From: a virus
Taxonomy: Duplodnaviria; Caudoviricetes
IMG/VR virus record: IMGVR_UViG_3300028591_000094
Coordinates: 32,001 to 96,000 of that record
DNA length: 64,000 bases
Reading direction: 5' to 3' (one strand)
The position numbers were made by a program, and so were the translations under genes. The notes below the pieces were generated by a model. That model was given only the letters and a program-made list of their open reading frames with translations, was not told the origin of the DNA and made no database searches. Each line of letters opens with the position of its first letter. The first letter of the stretch is position 1. Below are positions 8,679 to 19,185 of the stretch, in pieces.

Positions 8679-9902
8679 TCACTTGTTAATCTGATATTTG
8701 TACCTCACGTCGATAAGGAGTTGATTAACCCTGTCGCGGTCGATAGCCTCTGGGAGCGTTGATACTTTCATAGCCTTTTCCATTTCGTCTTTCTTACCTT
8801 CAATATAAGAGATGATTTCCTCATACTCGGTATTTCCCTGACGAATATTCAAGATGAAATCAGCATCGATACCTTTACGGTTTACATGTACCTCACCAGT
8901 CGTGGCGATTTCAAGACCCATATGAAGCAGGCGTACCGCATGGGCCACATTTTTTCTGTCAAACGTCTTTTCCTTGTTTTCAAGATAACGTTGTGGGTTG
9001 CGTTTCTTCACCCAATCCTGGTACTGCTTGTACTTGTTGCAGTGCTGTGTGAAGCCGTCCTTATTGTACGACATGGTGCAGATTGGCATAGCATCTTTCG
9101 GAATCGATGAACAACGCACGTCGTCGGCGGTTCCGTCACCCTTTACAATGCCACGATATCCGATTGGGGTCTGTGTATTCTCAAACCATTCTGGCATTAT
9201 ACTCGTAACAAAGGCACACAGGGTGTTGTTCTTAACATAGTTGAAATATAGTTCATCGTTGACAAACTTCACATAATCCCCATCATACTCATTATGGTTA
9301 TGTGCACCAAAGTCGTAGTATACACCATAGCAATCGGGCATGTTGTTGAGGGATACGAGACCGCAGTATTGCTGTTTCAGACCGCGTGCAGTAAGCCAAT
9401 CGGTCATATTCGACGTACCCTGCTTGTAGGTTGTGTAGCAGAAGTCGATGGGCATCTTACGAACCTCAATCGGCTGTACACAAAGGCGGTTTAATCCGTG
9501 ACACCTTACAATTTGTTGATACGCATAACCCAAAAACGGCTTGAAACACGCTTTCGTTACAAACTCCTGACGATGTTTCTTCAGTTCGGTGATGATTGGG
9601 TGTTCGTAGATGACAAACTCGTCGTCAACAAAAAGAGACTCAAGAATGTTTGGGTTTGAGGTGCAGAGCAGATTCATATACTTTTTCAGTCCATACCACA
9701 CCTTGTCGTGTTTCTCATCACTAATTTCATCCTGGAAATCATAGCCAAGACCAAGCACTTGTTCGATGGGCTCGATGTAGACACCACCTTCGTCCCAGTC
9801 GCTTAGTCCGTTTGGAAGATTTGTAGAGTACACGTGTGAACCTCGGAAGTACCTATAAATCAGAAGATTATTCTTCTCAATGTCTTCAAATGTGTAATTC
9901 AT
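8679..9902 (-). CDS. Predicted nucleotidyltransferase (DNA pol beta superfamily, YcgL/RlaP-like)
   Basis: GSHVY..SDWD..GVY, NPNILESLF and HAVRLL motifs. Confidence 0.82.
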   Translation of the reverse strand: MNYTFEDIEKNNLLIYRYFRGSHVYSTNLPNGLSDWDEGGVYIEPIEQVLGLGYDFQDEISDEKHDKVWYGLKKYMNLLCTSNPNILESLFVDDEFVIYEHPIITELKKHRQEFVTKACFKPFLGYAYQQIVRCHGLNRLCVQPIEVRKMPIDFCYTTYKQGTSNMTDWLTARGLKQQYCGLVSLNNMPDCYGVYYDFGAHNHNEYDGDYVKFVNDELYFNYVKNNTLCAFVTSIMPEWFENTQTPIGYRGIVKGDGTADDVRCSSIPKDAMPICTMSYNKDGFTQHCNKYKQYQDWVKKRNPQRYLENKEKTFDRKNVAHAVRLLHMGLEIATTGEVHVNRKGIDADFILNIRQGNTEYEEIISYIEGKKDEMEKAMKVSTLPEAIDRDRVNQLLIDVRYKYQINK

Positions 9903-10108
9903 ATTTATTTTTAATTTTGTTTAACAAAACGTTTAAATCCGAAAATAGATTGTTTTTATATATATTTAATACATTGTGTTTAACCTATTTTAGATGATTG
10001 TCAATAAACAGGCAAACAGGTTCAGGAAAAAATCGTTCCATTCCGCTGGAAACATGCTGTAGTAATAAAAAAGTCTTTCCATAATAAGTTTAGTTTGTTA
10101 TTCCGTTT

Positions 10109-10138
10109 ATATAACGCAAAGAAATGCCGTTTTTGTAC
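10109..10138 (-). promoter_or_regulatory. Class II promoter motif
   Basis: GTACAAAAA-N11-TGCGTTATAT. Confidence 0.8.
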
Positions 10139-10142
10139 AAAC

Positions 10143-11564
10143 CTACTCTTTAAACTTCAAGTTTTTGATATTTTTGATGCATTCCTCCTTGGTGATGTTG
10201 GGGTTGTTGAACGCCAGCTTGAGACAATGGTCGAGATATTTCTTGACCTCAGGACCAGCCTCAATACTCTTCACCTCCATTACATCGTTCCCGTTAATCG
10301 GCAGTTTGTAACCGAACATGCGCTTGACACTCTCATCGGATACCATAAGGTCTGCGAGCCTGTCAGCCTGGTTCGGGATGCAATGCTGTGGCGCATGGGC
10401 GTTGTTATCTGCGTCAATTACCTGCAGCAGACGGTACATTCGAGCTGCAGTCTTGCAATCGTATGCCAGTTTTCTGATGGATTTCATCTTTCTGGCTTTA
10501 GCTTTAAGGTCGTTTCCCCAGTTCTTGGTTCTCATGTGGTTCTTGATGTAGAAACACACCTCTTCTATTATGTCGTTGGAGTAACGCATTCTGGACATGA
10601 TTTCAGCAGCCAACTTAGCTCCCACAAACTCATGCTCGTAGAAATGCACACGTCCGTCCTCCCCGACGGTTCTGGTCATTATCTTGCCGATGTCGTGAAG
10701 TACGCAAGCAAGGCGGACGGGTAGATATGCAACACTACCGTCATTTGCCGCATTCTCCACCACTTTCAGCGTATGCTCCCACACAGTACCGAAGTGGTAT
10801 GCGTTCTGCCCCATGTCGTAGGTTTCCTCGAGCTCTGGGATTACATATTCCATCGCATCGGTATCTCTCAGGAGGTTAAGAGCCCTGACGGGGTTGTCCG
10901 TGGTCAGCATCTTGTTGAACTCGTCGGTAATGCGTTCCTGGGATATAATTTCCAGACGGGACGAGTTACGTACCATGGCGTCGAAGGTGAACCTCTCAAT
11001 CTGAAAGTTATAACGGCAGGCGAAACGAATTACACGAAGTATTCTAAGGGGGTCGTCGATAAACACAACGTCTGGGTCGTTGTTGGTGACACGGCAGACG
11101 CCGTCCTTAATGTCCTGCATGCCTTTGCCAGTAAGGTCGAGAACCTCCCCCGTTGAAACATTCCTGTAGAGTGCGTTTATGGTCAGGTCTCTCCGTATGC
11201 AGTCCTCCTCTATCGGAGCGAAAGTGGTAACTGGGTTGCGGCTGTCCTTGTCGTGATACTGCTCGCCACGGGTCTGGACAACCTCAATCTCCTTGTTGGG
11301 AAACTTAGCCAGACGGAACATTGCGGTACCGTATGTGGGATAAATTACAACCGAACCGTCGGTATAACCGTTGTCACGCATATACTCAGCAAGGGCAATG
11401 CCACCGTTTTCAATGTCAACACACATGTCGATATCCTTGATTGGGTTGTGCATAAGCAGGTCTCGAACACATCCACCCACACAGAAAACGTGGTTTTCAA
11501 ACTGAGTCCCCTTGATTACCCCAGCCATAAAATCGACTATGTCCATGAAATCTTTTTCCGTCAT
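10143..11564 (-). CDS. cca: CCA tRNA nucleotidyltransferase with HD domain
   Basis: VGGCVRD, DID, RRDLTINAL, DDPLRILR, SQERI, LHDIGK. Confidence 0.93.
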   Translation of the reverse strand: MTEKDFMDIVDFMAGVIKGTQFENHVFCVGGCVRDLLMHNPIKDIDMCVDIENGGIALAEYMRDNGYTDGSVVIYPTYGTAMFRLAKFPNKEIEVVQTRGEQYHDKDSRNPVTTFAPIEEDCIRRDLTINALYRNVSTGEVLDLTGKGMQDIKDGVCRVTNNDPDVVFIDDPLRILRVIRFACRYNFQIERFTFDAMVRNSSRLEIISQERITDEFNKMLTTDNPVRALNLLRDTDAMEYVIPELEETYDMGQNAYHFGTVWEHTLKVVENAANDGSVAYLPVRLACVLHDIGKIMTRTVGEDGRVHFYEHEFVGAKLAAEIMSRMRYSNDIIEEVCFYIKNHMRTKNWGNDLKAKARKMKSIRKLAYDCKTAARMYRLLQVIDADNNAHAPQHCIPNQADRLADLMVSDESVKRMFGYKLPINGNDVMEVKSIEAGPEVKKYLDHCLKLAFNNPNITKEECIKNIKNLKFKE

Positions 11565-11583
11565 AATGAATCCTTTCTTTTAT

Positions 11584-11613
11584 ATATAACGCAGACGAAC
11601 TCGTTTTTTGTAC
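11584..11613 (-). promoter_or_regulatory. Class II promoter motif
   Basis: GTACAAAAA-N11-TGCGTTATAT. Confidence 0.8.
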
Positions 11614-11633
11614 ACCGACCGCGAAAAATAATC

Positions 11634-12077
11634 TCAGATTGCGGTTCTCAATTCAGAAACCAGTTCCTTGACCTTCTCGGCGCCGTATCCACCGATTATC
11701 TTGAGCCAGGTGTAATAGTCGGCGGTATGACCGACCCCTTTAGTGTAGTCATCATACGACCTGCCGAAGGTGTCATAGTCGAAGATTCTCTCATCAGCCA
11801 AGAAAGCAACCGCGGTTGTAATGTTACCCAAGTCCATCTCGGTGAACGCAGCATACGGGAATTCTGCTTCGTATAACGTGGCGCACGCCTTCCCTACCAG
11901 GTCGTCGACGCTGTGCATGTCGAGCATCACGATGGTCTTATCGTTTTCAGACCACGCCTTGTACTCTTTGGTATCGCCATGGTATCGGGAGTATTCAACA
12001 ATCGCGTGTGCCCCTTGAATTCCTTTTTGAATCGGTGACAGGTGTCTCGTCACCAAAACATACATTCTGTATTTCAT
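11634..12077 (-). CDS. Peptidyl-tRNA hydrolase Pth2-like protein
   Basis: MYVLV..LS..QKGIQGAHA, W...KTIV, E.DLG...TAVA pattern. Confidence 0.72.
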   Translation of the reverse strand: MKYRMYVLVTRHLSPIQKGIQGAHAIVEYSRYHGDTKEYKAWSENDKTIVMLDMHSVDDLVGKACATLYEAEFPYAAFTEMDLGNITTAVAFLADERIFDYDTFGRSYDDYTKGVGHTADYYTWLKIIGGYGAEKVKELVSELRTAI

Positions 12078-12264
12078 GTTTATGTAGATTGGTTATATGC
12101 TGTTTAATATCTTTCAAAGCCTGTTCATAGCCTTCAACATAGGCTTTCAACACTGCGATGTTCATCGCTGCCTGGAAGTCACTAGCCGAACTGGGCGAGT
12201 GGTGCTTCTTCAGGTATGATACAGCGTGTTTGTGTGCCGTCGGGTTTATCGTTTCCTTTGCCAT
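11995..12264 (-). CDS. Hypothetical protein
   Basis: ORF in operon context. Confidence 0.5.
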   Translation of the reverse strand: MAKETINPTAHKHAVSYLKKHHSPSSASDFQAAMNIAVLKAYVEGYEQALKDIKQHITNLHKHEIQNVCFGDETPVTDSKRNSRGTRDC

Positions 12265-12278
12265 GCTCCGTTGAATTC

Positions 12279-12662
12279 TTATGCTTTATTATCTGGGTCA
12301 GACTTCGTTTCCTCGTTCTCGTCAAGATAGAGTTTCTTCAACTCCCAGCGGACATTGATGTCGGTGCGTTTGGCTATCTCATTGAAGATGTCGACGAGTT
12401 CCTCAGGCCCCTCGACAGCCCAGAACGGTTCTATGTCTGGTTCATCAACTCCTCCGCCTGTGCTAACTCTGAAAAAGAAATCCCTGTTCTCTCTCTCGTC
12501 GTAGCCGACGCCAACAGTCTCGATGTTAAGCTGTTGGTACTTGTCATTGTCGCCGAAGGTGTCGTTCTCCTGAATCAGGGTGAATGTCTGTTTGGCAACA
12601 CAAATCTGACCGCATTCCGTGGGGGTGATGTTGTTGATAAACTTTCTTTTATTGTCTTCCAT
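12279..12662 (-). CDS. Hypothetical protein
   Basis: ORF in operon context. Confidence 0.6.
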   Translation of the reverse strand: MEDNKRKFINNITPTECGQICVAKQTFTLIQENDTFGDNDKYQQLNIETVGVGYDERENRDFFFRVSTGGGVDEPDIEPFWAVEGPEELVDIFNEIAKRTDINVRWELKKLYLDENEETKSDPDNKA

Positions 12663-12710
12663 CTTGTTATTTTATTTTTTTTTTTATTGTTGTTCCATCA
12701 ACCGAGGCAA

Positions 12711-13094
12711 TCACTCACCGACCACGTATCCTCGGTCAGTCAATATTTCGATGAGGTCATCGTCGTCCATGTGGTCATCGACATAGTCCTTGATTGAATA
12801 GTACGATACCACATCCAGCAATTCTTCGTCGCTATATTGGTCGGTCACGTCGTTGATACTGAATCCACCGCTATACTCGATATTGGACACACACTCGTCG
12901 GTCACGTCGCCGTCGGCGTATCTCATGAGTCTTTCAAGGTTGTTGTTTGCAAAGTCCTTCTTGTCTGTGTATGATAGGTTATCTACAATGTCCTCAAGAC
13001 AGATAACTGTTGACAGGTCACCTTTCTTGATACCGTTGGCGGTTTGGAGTGGTAGTATGTCCAGTAGTTGTTTCAAAGTTATTGTTGTGTACAT
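12711..13094 (-). CDS. Hypothetical acidic protein
   Basis: ORF downstream of a class I promoter motif. Confidence 0.6.
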   Translation of the reverse strand: MYTTITLKQLLDILPLQTANGIKKGDLSTVICLEDIVDNLSYTDKKDFANNNLERLMRYADGDVTDECVSNIEYSGGFSINDVTDQYSDEELLDVVSYYSIKDYVDDHMDDDDLIEILTDRGYVVGE

Positions 13095-13192
13095 TTTTCG
13101 AAAAACTTTAAGTTATACTACTAATATACAAAAAAAATTTCAAACAAAAAAGGCAAACTTGAAAAATTTGCCTTTATCATGAACAGTCTGTC

Positions 13193-14539
13193 TTAGAACA
13201 ACCCGCCGTACATCAGTGTCCTATGCAGGAAGTAGTGGTTGCCAGTCATACCATCCTTGATTGATTCGTTCAGACTCCTGGGGTAGTTGTCCCTGTAGCT
13301 CTCGGACTTCTCCTTGGCTTCGTTGATTATGCTGTTGAACTTCTCGCAAGCCTCTTTGAAATATTCGAACGGCACATTGAACTTATAGTTCTTGCCGATT
13401 GCCGTGTAGAAGTCGTTCTGTTCGTCACCGACACGCTCGGATTTCTCCTGCGTCTCCACGAAGTTGTAGCCGTCGTGTGTGTCGTTTATCATGTACAGGT
13501 CGAAAAGCGTCTTGCCACCCTCCTTGCGACCGAATATGAAACTCTCCTGTTGGAACATGACACCGAGGCGCTTGGCTTCATCGAGCGAGATATTGAATAT
13601 AATCTTGGAGTTCTCCGTGTTTCCGTACTTACCCCTCACAGGCTCCCAGGCGTAGTTGCCCTGCTCGAGATAAGAGTTTATCGACTTGTTGGCTCTGCGG
13701 TTATCGGCTCTTCCGCTAGACTGCCCCATCGGGTTCTCGCCAGTTATTATGCAGAACGTTTTAACGTTGTCCACGGACTCTCCCCCTACCGCGTCAAGCG
13801 CAGCCTTTCGGTTCTGACGTTTCTTGTTTCTGGATATTTCCTCAAGACCTTCGGTCAGCTCGTCAAGGTTGAAAAGCATTCCTGTGCCACTGGTTCCGTA
13901 ACCGTGTGGTTCAGCCATCGTGTCACGTCTATTCTGCATGTACTCCCTCCCCTTCTCGCGGTATTCTGGGTCGTTGTACCTGTCGTTGTATTCTTCCTCA
14001 GCCTCGGCGTCGGTCTCATGTTGGAATTTTCTGTCTTTGGCTTTGGCTATGGCTCTCTGTATCGCGTTGTCGACAGCCTCGCGGCTCACGCCGTCCTTGG
14101 CATGCCACTTTGTTACGCTGTCCCCAACACTGTCACCCTCGGGCTCGACCTTTGTGAACAGGTTGTTCTTGTTCTCGTTCACATCCCCGTGCTCGGTGTG
14201 TGCTTCCAGAAACGACAGCATGTCCAGGAGGGTTCTCTTTTTGGCGCCGTCAATATCAACAGGACGCTTCTCGCCGTCCTGGTTTTCAAGGAAACTCGCC
14301 CCTTTCGCGGAAAGTCGCAACGTCATGTCGTCCACCGTGGGTATGAGATAATCGCCGTCCTCCGTTCTCTGGTACACCTTGCGGCGAACCATATCGACCA
14401 AGTCGTCGAACATGGTGGAATCCAGCTTGATGGTATCTCCGAGACCGTCTATCGACTCACCCAAATAGTTCTTGCCGTCGTTGTAGTAAGTGCCGACATT
14501 CTTCAGTATGTTTTCAACAAATCTATTCTTTTTGTCCAT
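13193..14539 (-). CDS. Late protein with C-terminal DUF3293-like domain
   Basis: IITGENP..N...N..E.S.II..ISLDEA..LG..FQQE pattern; TATTTAT upstream. Confidence 0.62.
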   Translation of the reverse strand: MDKKNRFVENILKNVGTYYNDGKNYLGESIDGLGDTIKLDSTMFDDLVDMVRRKVYQRTEDGDYLIPTVDDMTLRLSAKGASFLENQDGEKRPVDIDGAKKRTLLDMLSFLEAHTEHGDVNENKNNLFTKVEPEGDSVGDSVTKWHAKDGVSREAVDNAIQRAIAKAKDRKFQHETDAEAEEEYNDRYNDPEYREKGREYMQNRRDTMAEPHGYGTSGTGMLFNLDELTEGLEEISRNKKRQNRKAALDAVGGESVDNVKTFCIITGENPMGQSSGRADNRRANKSINSYLEQGNYAWEPVRGKYGNTENSKIIFNISLDEAKRLGVMFQQESFIFGRKEGGKTLFDLYMINDTHDGYNFVETQEKSERVGDEQNDFYTAIGKNYKFNVPFEYFKEACEKFNSIINEAKEKSESYRDNYPRSLNESIKDGMTGNHYFLHRTLMYGGLF

Positions 14540-14595
14540 GCCTAATAATGTTTTGTTTAATGTTAATTTATAATAAATATCTAACATCCGAAGAA

Positions 14596-16242
14596 TTAAA
14601 CATAATCAAAAGTGTTCATTACACCTTTATTACATTCACCACTTGCTTTCTTCTGCAAGTCTCTTCGGAACGATAGCAATACCTCTTTTACTTTCTCACG
14701 CTTGATACGCTTCGGTTCAAAAGATTTGTTATCACGTTGTTTTAAGAGTTTCTGCTGCAACACGGTTACAGCCACTCTGTTCCTTATATTAATCGCCGCA
14801 TTAACGTCGGCGTTGTCTTCATGCCCACATTCGATACATTCAAACGTTTCCTGATTCGGTCTATTCTCATCTTCTATACACCCACACACGGGGCACATCT
14901 TCGACGTATAACTCGCTTGGACTGTGGATACGGCGATATTGTACTTCCTCGCAATGTGTTCCACTTCATCTTTCAATGAACTGATGCTCAAGGCTCGGAC
15001 AATGCGATTGTAGTTAAGGTCATCGTTTACCTTGTCCTTGATGTACGAGCGACCGAACTGACCGTTTAGGTCTTCCATCACTATATGGTTCACTCCCTGT
15101 TCGGACAACTCCTTGCACATCGTCGCAATGGTTTGTTTCTCAATCTCGAGTATCTTGTGTGATATGATGTCTATCTTCTTCTGTCTACGTTTCGACGGCT
15201 TCCAATCACGACCGTATTGTTTCTTCAAAGTGTCCATACACTTGGATACCTCTGCATAAGCCTTGAGCAAGTCGCGGTCGTAATCATATGTGAGAGCACT
15301 AGAGAGCGTGAACATGTTGTGCTTGACATTCACATCGATACCCACGATATTGCTACCTGCCTCAGGAATGTATCTGTCCTGTTTCTTCGTGAGGATTACG
15401 ACCACCTGTTTCTTCCTCTCGTTGAATACTACGGTATATTCATAATCAGGATTCGATTTCTCATAGTCATGGATGCTTCCGTGATAGTCCTTGTTGAACT
15501 TGACTGGTATGTCAAAGGATTTTCTGCCGAGGCTGCTCAACGATACGAATGCGTTGATTACAGACCCGAAACGAGAGTTATAATCTATTATCAGTTTCTT
15601 ACGACTCCTGCCACGGAATGTGAGGGACTTGAATTCAATCGGATGTTCGGTGTACTTTTTGTAGGTGCGTTCCCTCCTTGACAGTGCAAGCGAATAAAGT
15701 CTATCGAATCCGAACTTCTCTATCTCACCGAGGATTGTCTTGTAGAACATCTGTTTCTTCTTGTCCGCCTTCGGCATTTGTTCGTTGATGTAGTCAATGA
15801 TTCCTTCATTACCGTATCTCGCGAGATATGAAAGTGTGATTGTGAGCGATGAGGACGTTTTGGTGTTTCTCACCTTCTTGAAGTCGCCTTTCTTATTCTT
15901 TTTGGTGTCGCGTTTGTACAGTTCACAACAGACGTAGTGGATGTTTTCGAATGTCAGTTTATGTTTAACGTTCTCGAATTTATTTTGGTAGGTGACGATA
16001 ACATCTTCGTAACACTGTTTGTCGAATGACGACGGCAGTTCTGAATATTTAGCCCGCATTTCCTTGAGGAAATCGAAGGTTGAAACGTCGAGGTAGTCAA
16101 ACAAGTGCTCACAGACGAATTGGGATATAACGTTCTTGTGTTCGCGGATTTTGACAGCAATATCAAGCAGTTCACCGTACTTCTGTGCAGTGAGGTTGTT
16201 CGAGACGAACCTTTTGCTGTATATGCTGTCGTGCTTAATCAT
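14596..16242 (-). CDS. tnpB: Large (548 aa) TnpB/Cas12f-like RNA-guided nuclease
   Basis: RuvC GIDVN, MEDLN, NADVNAAINI; zinc finger CPVCG/CIECG. Confidence 0.85.
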   Translation of the reverse strand: MIKHDSIYSKRFVSNNLTAQKYGELLDIAVKIREHKNVISQFVCEHLFDYLDVSTFDFLKEMRAKYSELPSSFDKQCYEDVIVTYQNKFENVKHKLTFENIHYVCCELYKRDTKKNKKGDFKKVRNTKTSSSLTITLSYLARYGNEGIIDYINEQMPKADKKKQMFYKTILGEIEKFGFDRLYSLALSRRERTYKKYTEHPIEFKSLTFRGRSRKKLIIDYNSRFGSVINAFVSLSSLGRKSFDIPVKFNKDYHGSIHDYEKSNPDYEYTVVFNERKKQVVVILTKKQDRYIPEAGSNIVGIDVNVKHNMFTLSSALTYDYDRDLLKAYAEVSKCMDTLKKQYGRDWKPSKRRQKKIDIISHKILEIEKQTIATMCKELSEQGVNHIVMEDLNGQFGRSYIKDKVNDDLNYNRIVRALSISSLKDEVEHIARKYNIAVSTVQASYTSKMCPVCGCIEDENRPNQETFECIECGHEDNADVNAAINIRNRVAVTVLQQKLLKQRDNKSFEPKRIKREKVKEVLLSFRRDLQKKASGECNKGVMNTFDYV

Positions 16243-16357
16243 TCGATAAAAAAAAGAGGTTTGATTCGGAGTTGCAAAATGTGGAAGCTGGCAACAGGGA
16301 ATTAACCTCAATATGTCTACTTTGATAGGCTTCCACCTCTATCATAATATAAATATC
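16243..16357 (-). promoter_or_regulatory. TATTTAT promoter plus kissing-loop leader RNA (copy 1)
   Basis: GTGGAAGC/GCTTCCAC loop-loop complementarity; homologous to 20443..20568. Confidence 0.7.
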
Positions 16358-16432
16358 ACGAAGTTTTGAAAATGTTTGTTTTTTATTGATTATTTTTGTT
16401 ATTTATTTTGTTTGCTGTTGTATATCCCGCTT

Positions 16433-17260
16433 TTACATTACAGGAATGATGTTGAGTGCATCGAATCTTGCCCTGCCGTCCTCGTTCGTCAGGCAAAACG
16501 CAGGATGTATAATCCAAGGATGGCGCATGTACTCCATGGTGCCGTTCTCGCAAGGGGAAGTCATCATAATGTCCTCTTTGTAGATGAACCTGCCGAACTT
16601 CAAACTGTCGTCGAAACTGTGCCAGTCAACCCCCTTCTCAGCTTTCAGTTTCTCAATCTGCTGGTCGGCGTTGAGCTTTTCCAACTGTTTGTGGGGAAGA
16701 TAAGCCTGGGCGGTCTGAGCCTTGGAGTTACGGATGCAGTCTATTTGTCTGTGCAGGAGCCATCCGAACACATCGTTATAGCATGGTACGTTCCAACATT
16801 TGCAGTCAAATTGGGCTAACTTAAGGCTGGATATAGCGTTTTTGCATACCCCAATGTTAACCGAATTGGGACTTTCGGCTATCGAGCCCAACAGACGAAG
16901 TGTCATCAACTGGTTGAACTTTCCCGTTGCTAAAGACGCTATGATTGAGAGCATCTTGGTAAGGCGGTACCCGAAGAACGACTCGGTTGAATCGTTGTCA
17001 AAGTCGGTCAACACCAGTGAAATCTCATCGGATTGGACATATGCGAACTTGCACCCCGAAACGTTTTCGCAAACATATCTGGCGGTCTCATTCATCATCT
17101 CGATAAAATCGCCGTCAAACGGTTTCCTGAACTTGTTTTTGATAAGGTGCGAAAACGAACGCCCGTCCAGCATCACCATCACATAAGACCTGGGCATCAA
17201 CTTATAGTCGGTGAGTCCGCGATAGTAGTTCATTCTGTCTTTCAAAGTTTCGAATCTCAT
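16433..17260 (-). CDS. tRNA-His guanylyltransferase Thg1-like protein
   Basis: LDGRSFS, KPFD, YVQSDEISL, FDCK, RQIDC..N motifs. Confidence 0.92.
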   Translation of the reverse strand: MRFETLKDRMNYYRGLTDYKLMPRSYVMVMLDGRSFSHLIKNKFRKPFDGDFIEMMNETARYVCENVSGCKFAYVQSDEISLVLTDFDNDSTESFFGYRLTKMLSIIASLATGKFNQLMTLRLLGSIAESPNSVNIGVCKNAISSLKLAQFDCKCWNVPCYNDVFGWLLHRQIDCIRNSKAQTAQAYLPHKQLEKLNADQQIEKLKAEKGVDWHSFDDSLKFGRFIYKEDIMMTSPCENGTMEYMRHPWIIHPAFCLTNEDGRARFDALNIIPVM

Positions 17261-17274
17261 ATTTCAATTAATAT

Positions 17275-18264
17275 TTAATTAATTTCCTTTATATAGAATT
17301 TGTCGTTGAATATGCAGTCGATATTCTCATACACGAAATGGTAATCCTTTTTCTTCGGTCTGATACCATGGTAGAGTTTGAAGATAATCGAATGGTATGG
17401 CATGGGCACGCACATCAGCTCGACACTCTTTGCATTCTTGAAACTGGCGTACCGACGCTCCTTTGCGTAAAACGTGCACCGTTTGTGGTTCTCCTTCTTT
17501 GAATAGAAGTCATATCCCCTCAGCGTGAACTCCTCGATATGGACGTTGGCACCAACTCTCAATGCAATGCCAACCTCATTGACGGGGAACTCTGTAGCCG
17601 CATCGGTTATCTCAAAAATCAGCTCGTCCGAATTCGCCACAACCAGCGTGCTGGGGTCGACACCACGCTCAATTATGTAATTATACACCTTGCCAATCAA
17701 ATGTTCCTCCACGGTGATATGGCGCTTGGGGTTCATCTTGCCGAAAATAACCTGACGGAAATATTTGGACTCCTTTATATAGTACAGGTCGGTGAACTTG
17801 GATATGAACTCCTCGTAGGTGCCGCTGTTCAACAGGATGTTTCGGTCGACATAGTTCAAAGCCTGGAAGTTACCCTTTGTCAAATCGATTGACACAAACT
17901 TTTTCCCGATATTCATCTCGTTATACAAACTCGAACACCTGGGTGCAAGTTTCACTTTCGGATACACACCCATGTCACAGTTGTTGAACGCAATGAACGG
18001 CTCGCTCGTGGAAACCGTCTGGATTACTTGCTCCCTAATTCGGTAGAACTCCTCCAGGAACTTCTCGGGATTGCCACCGAAGCGCTGGTCAATCAAGTCC
18101 CACAGTTGAAGCCATTTGGACTTGCACCCGAACTTGTTTTCATAAAGATTCAGGTGATACTTGAACATCCTCTCCCCCATTATGGGTATCGGGAGGCGGT
18201 AGTCGTTTACAAACCTCTGTGCAAGGTTCCAGTTGAATCTAAACTTTTTCTTCTTTTCAAACAT
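17275..18264 (-). CDS. Hypothetical protein
   Basis: 329 aa ORF behind a class II promoter. Confidence 0.7.
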   Translation of the reverse strand: MFEKKKKFRFNWNLAQRFVNDYRLPIPIMGERMFKYHLNLYENKFGCKSKWLQLWDLIDQRFGGNPEKFLEEFYRIREQVIQTVSTSEPFIAFNNCDMGVYPKVKLAPRCSSLYNEMNIGKKFVSIDLTKGNFQALNYVDRNILLNSGTYEEFISKFTDLYYIKESKYFRQVIFGKMNPKRHITVEEHLIGKVYNYIIERGVDPSTLVVANSDELIFEITDAATEFPVNEVGIALRVGANVHIEEFTLRGYDFYSKKENHKRCTFYAKERRYASFKNAKSVELMCVPMPYHSIIFKLYHGIRPKKKDYHFVYENIDCIFNDKFYIKEIN

Positions 18265-18293
18265 ATCTATTCAATATTTAATCTCCTTTGCTT

Positions 18294-18323
18294 ATATAAC
18301 GCAACGAAACCCCTTTTTTGTAC
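18294..18323 (-). promoter_or_regulatory. Class II promoter motif
   Basis: GTACAAAAA-N11-TGCGTTATAT. Confidence 0.8.
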
Positions 18324-18384
18324 GGACAACTGGAAAAAAATTCAAATAGGTGAAAACAAAAAAAGCCACATTCAACGATGTGGC

Positions 18385-18822
18385 TTATGCCGTTTTTTCT
18401 TTCAGTATCTGTGAAACAACCTTGCCGTTGACGGTGGGATACTGTTTGTGAACCTCGTCCATGATGAACTTCATGTCCTTCATCGACGGAGTGTGGTCGA
18501 GCTTTCCGATTGCACTTTCAACACAATCCCTTATCTCATCCTCAGACGCCTCCTTGGGTAAAAATCCTTTGACAACTTCCAAACCGAAACGCTCGTTGTC
18601 TGCAAGGTCTGAACGACCGCCAGCAACAAACTGCGCAATTGAATCCTCAATGGAACTCTTCATCTTGGTCAGCATCTTCAGCTCGGCATCCTCGGTGTAC
18701 TCGGCACCAGACTTCTCAAGCACCAGCATGTTGGACTTTACCATCCTCAGCACCGCCAGCGTCTGCCCGTCCTTCTCTTTCATGGCGCCCTCGATGAGAG
18801 CGTCGATTCTGTCTTTTAACAT
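18385..18822 (-). CDS. GatB/YqeY domain protein
   Basis: AMKEKD..L.VLRMVKS, SI.QF..GGR.DLA..E, MKDM, GK.VS. Confidence 0.9.
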   Translation of the reverse strand: MLKDRIDALIEGAMKEKDGQTLAVLRMVKSNMLVLEKSGAEYTEDAELKMLTKMKSSIEDSIAQFVAGGRSDLADNERFGLEVVKGFLPKEASEDEIRDCVESAIGKLDHTPSMKDMKFIMDEVHKQYPTVNGKVVSQILKEKTA

Positions 18823-18867
18823 GATAGTATTGTTTTTGATTGAAAATAATAATTGAATTCAGATTTG

Positions 18868-18939
18868 CAGAGGCGGCAAGACTTGAACTCACAACTTTAG
18901 TTTTGGAGACTAACATGTTACCAATTACACCACACCTCT
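18868..18939 (-). tRNA. tRNA-Trp(CCA)
   Basis: TTAGT-CTCCAAA-ACTAA. Confidence 0.92.
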
Positions 18940-19031
18940 ATATCCACCATTCATCATATTCGAACGGTGGCAATGTCACCTAAACTCTATTGTTTCACCT
19001 TTATGTCGGAAGCAAAGGGAGCCGACACGCG

Positions 19032-19120
19032 AGGAGAGAGCGGGACTCGAACCCGCGCCCCAGGTTACCCCGAAGAATTGATTAGCAATCAACCGCAGTA
19101 CCAACTATGCTTACCTCTCC
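19032..19120 (-). tRNA. tRNA-Ser(GCU)
   Basis: GTTGA-TTGCTAA-TCAAT, long variable arm. Confidence 0.9.
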
Positions 19121-19185
19121 GTAGCAAAAGACCTATAAGTTCTTGCCTATAAGACTTTCGATTTCTTGGTACCGTATAGAAAAAT

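Larger units (their letters stand above)
14588..16428 (-). mobile_element. tnpA-less TnpB element, IS607-like ends (CGG at both boundaries)
   Basis: AT-rich subterminal repeats and GG boundaries; ends approximate. Confidence 0.5.

Noticed and set aside
13475-14545. 356-aa + strand ORF and similar antisense ORFs (10095, 11253, 37519, 40843)
   Set aside because: Shadow frames of well-supported - strand genes.
14400-16500. CRISPR-Cas12f/Cas14 locus
   Set aside because: No repeat-spacer array seen near this gene or elsewhere in the window; the flanks look like transposon ends.
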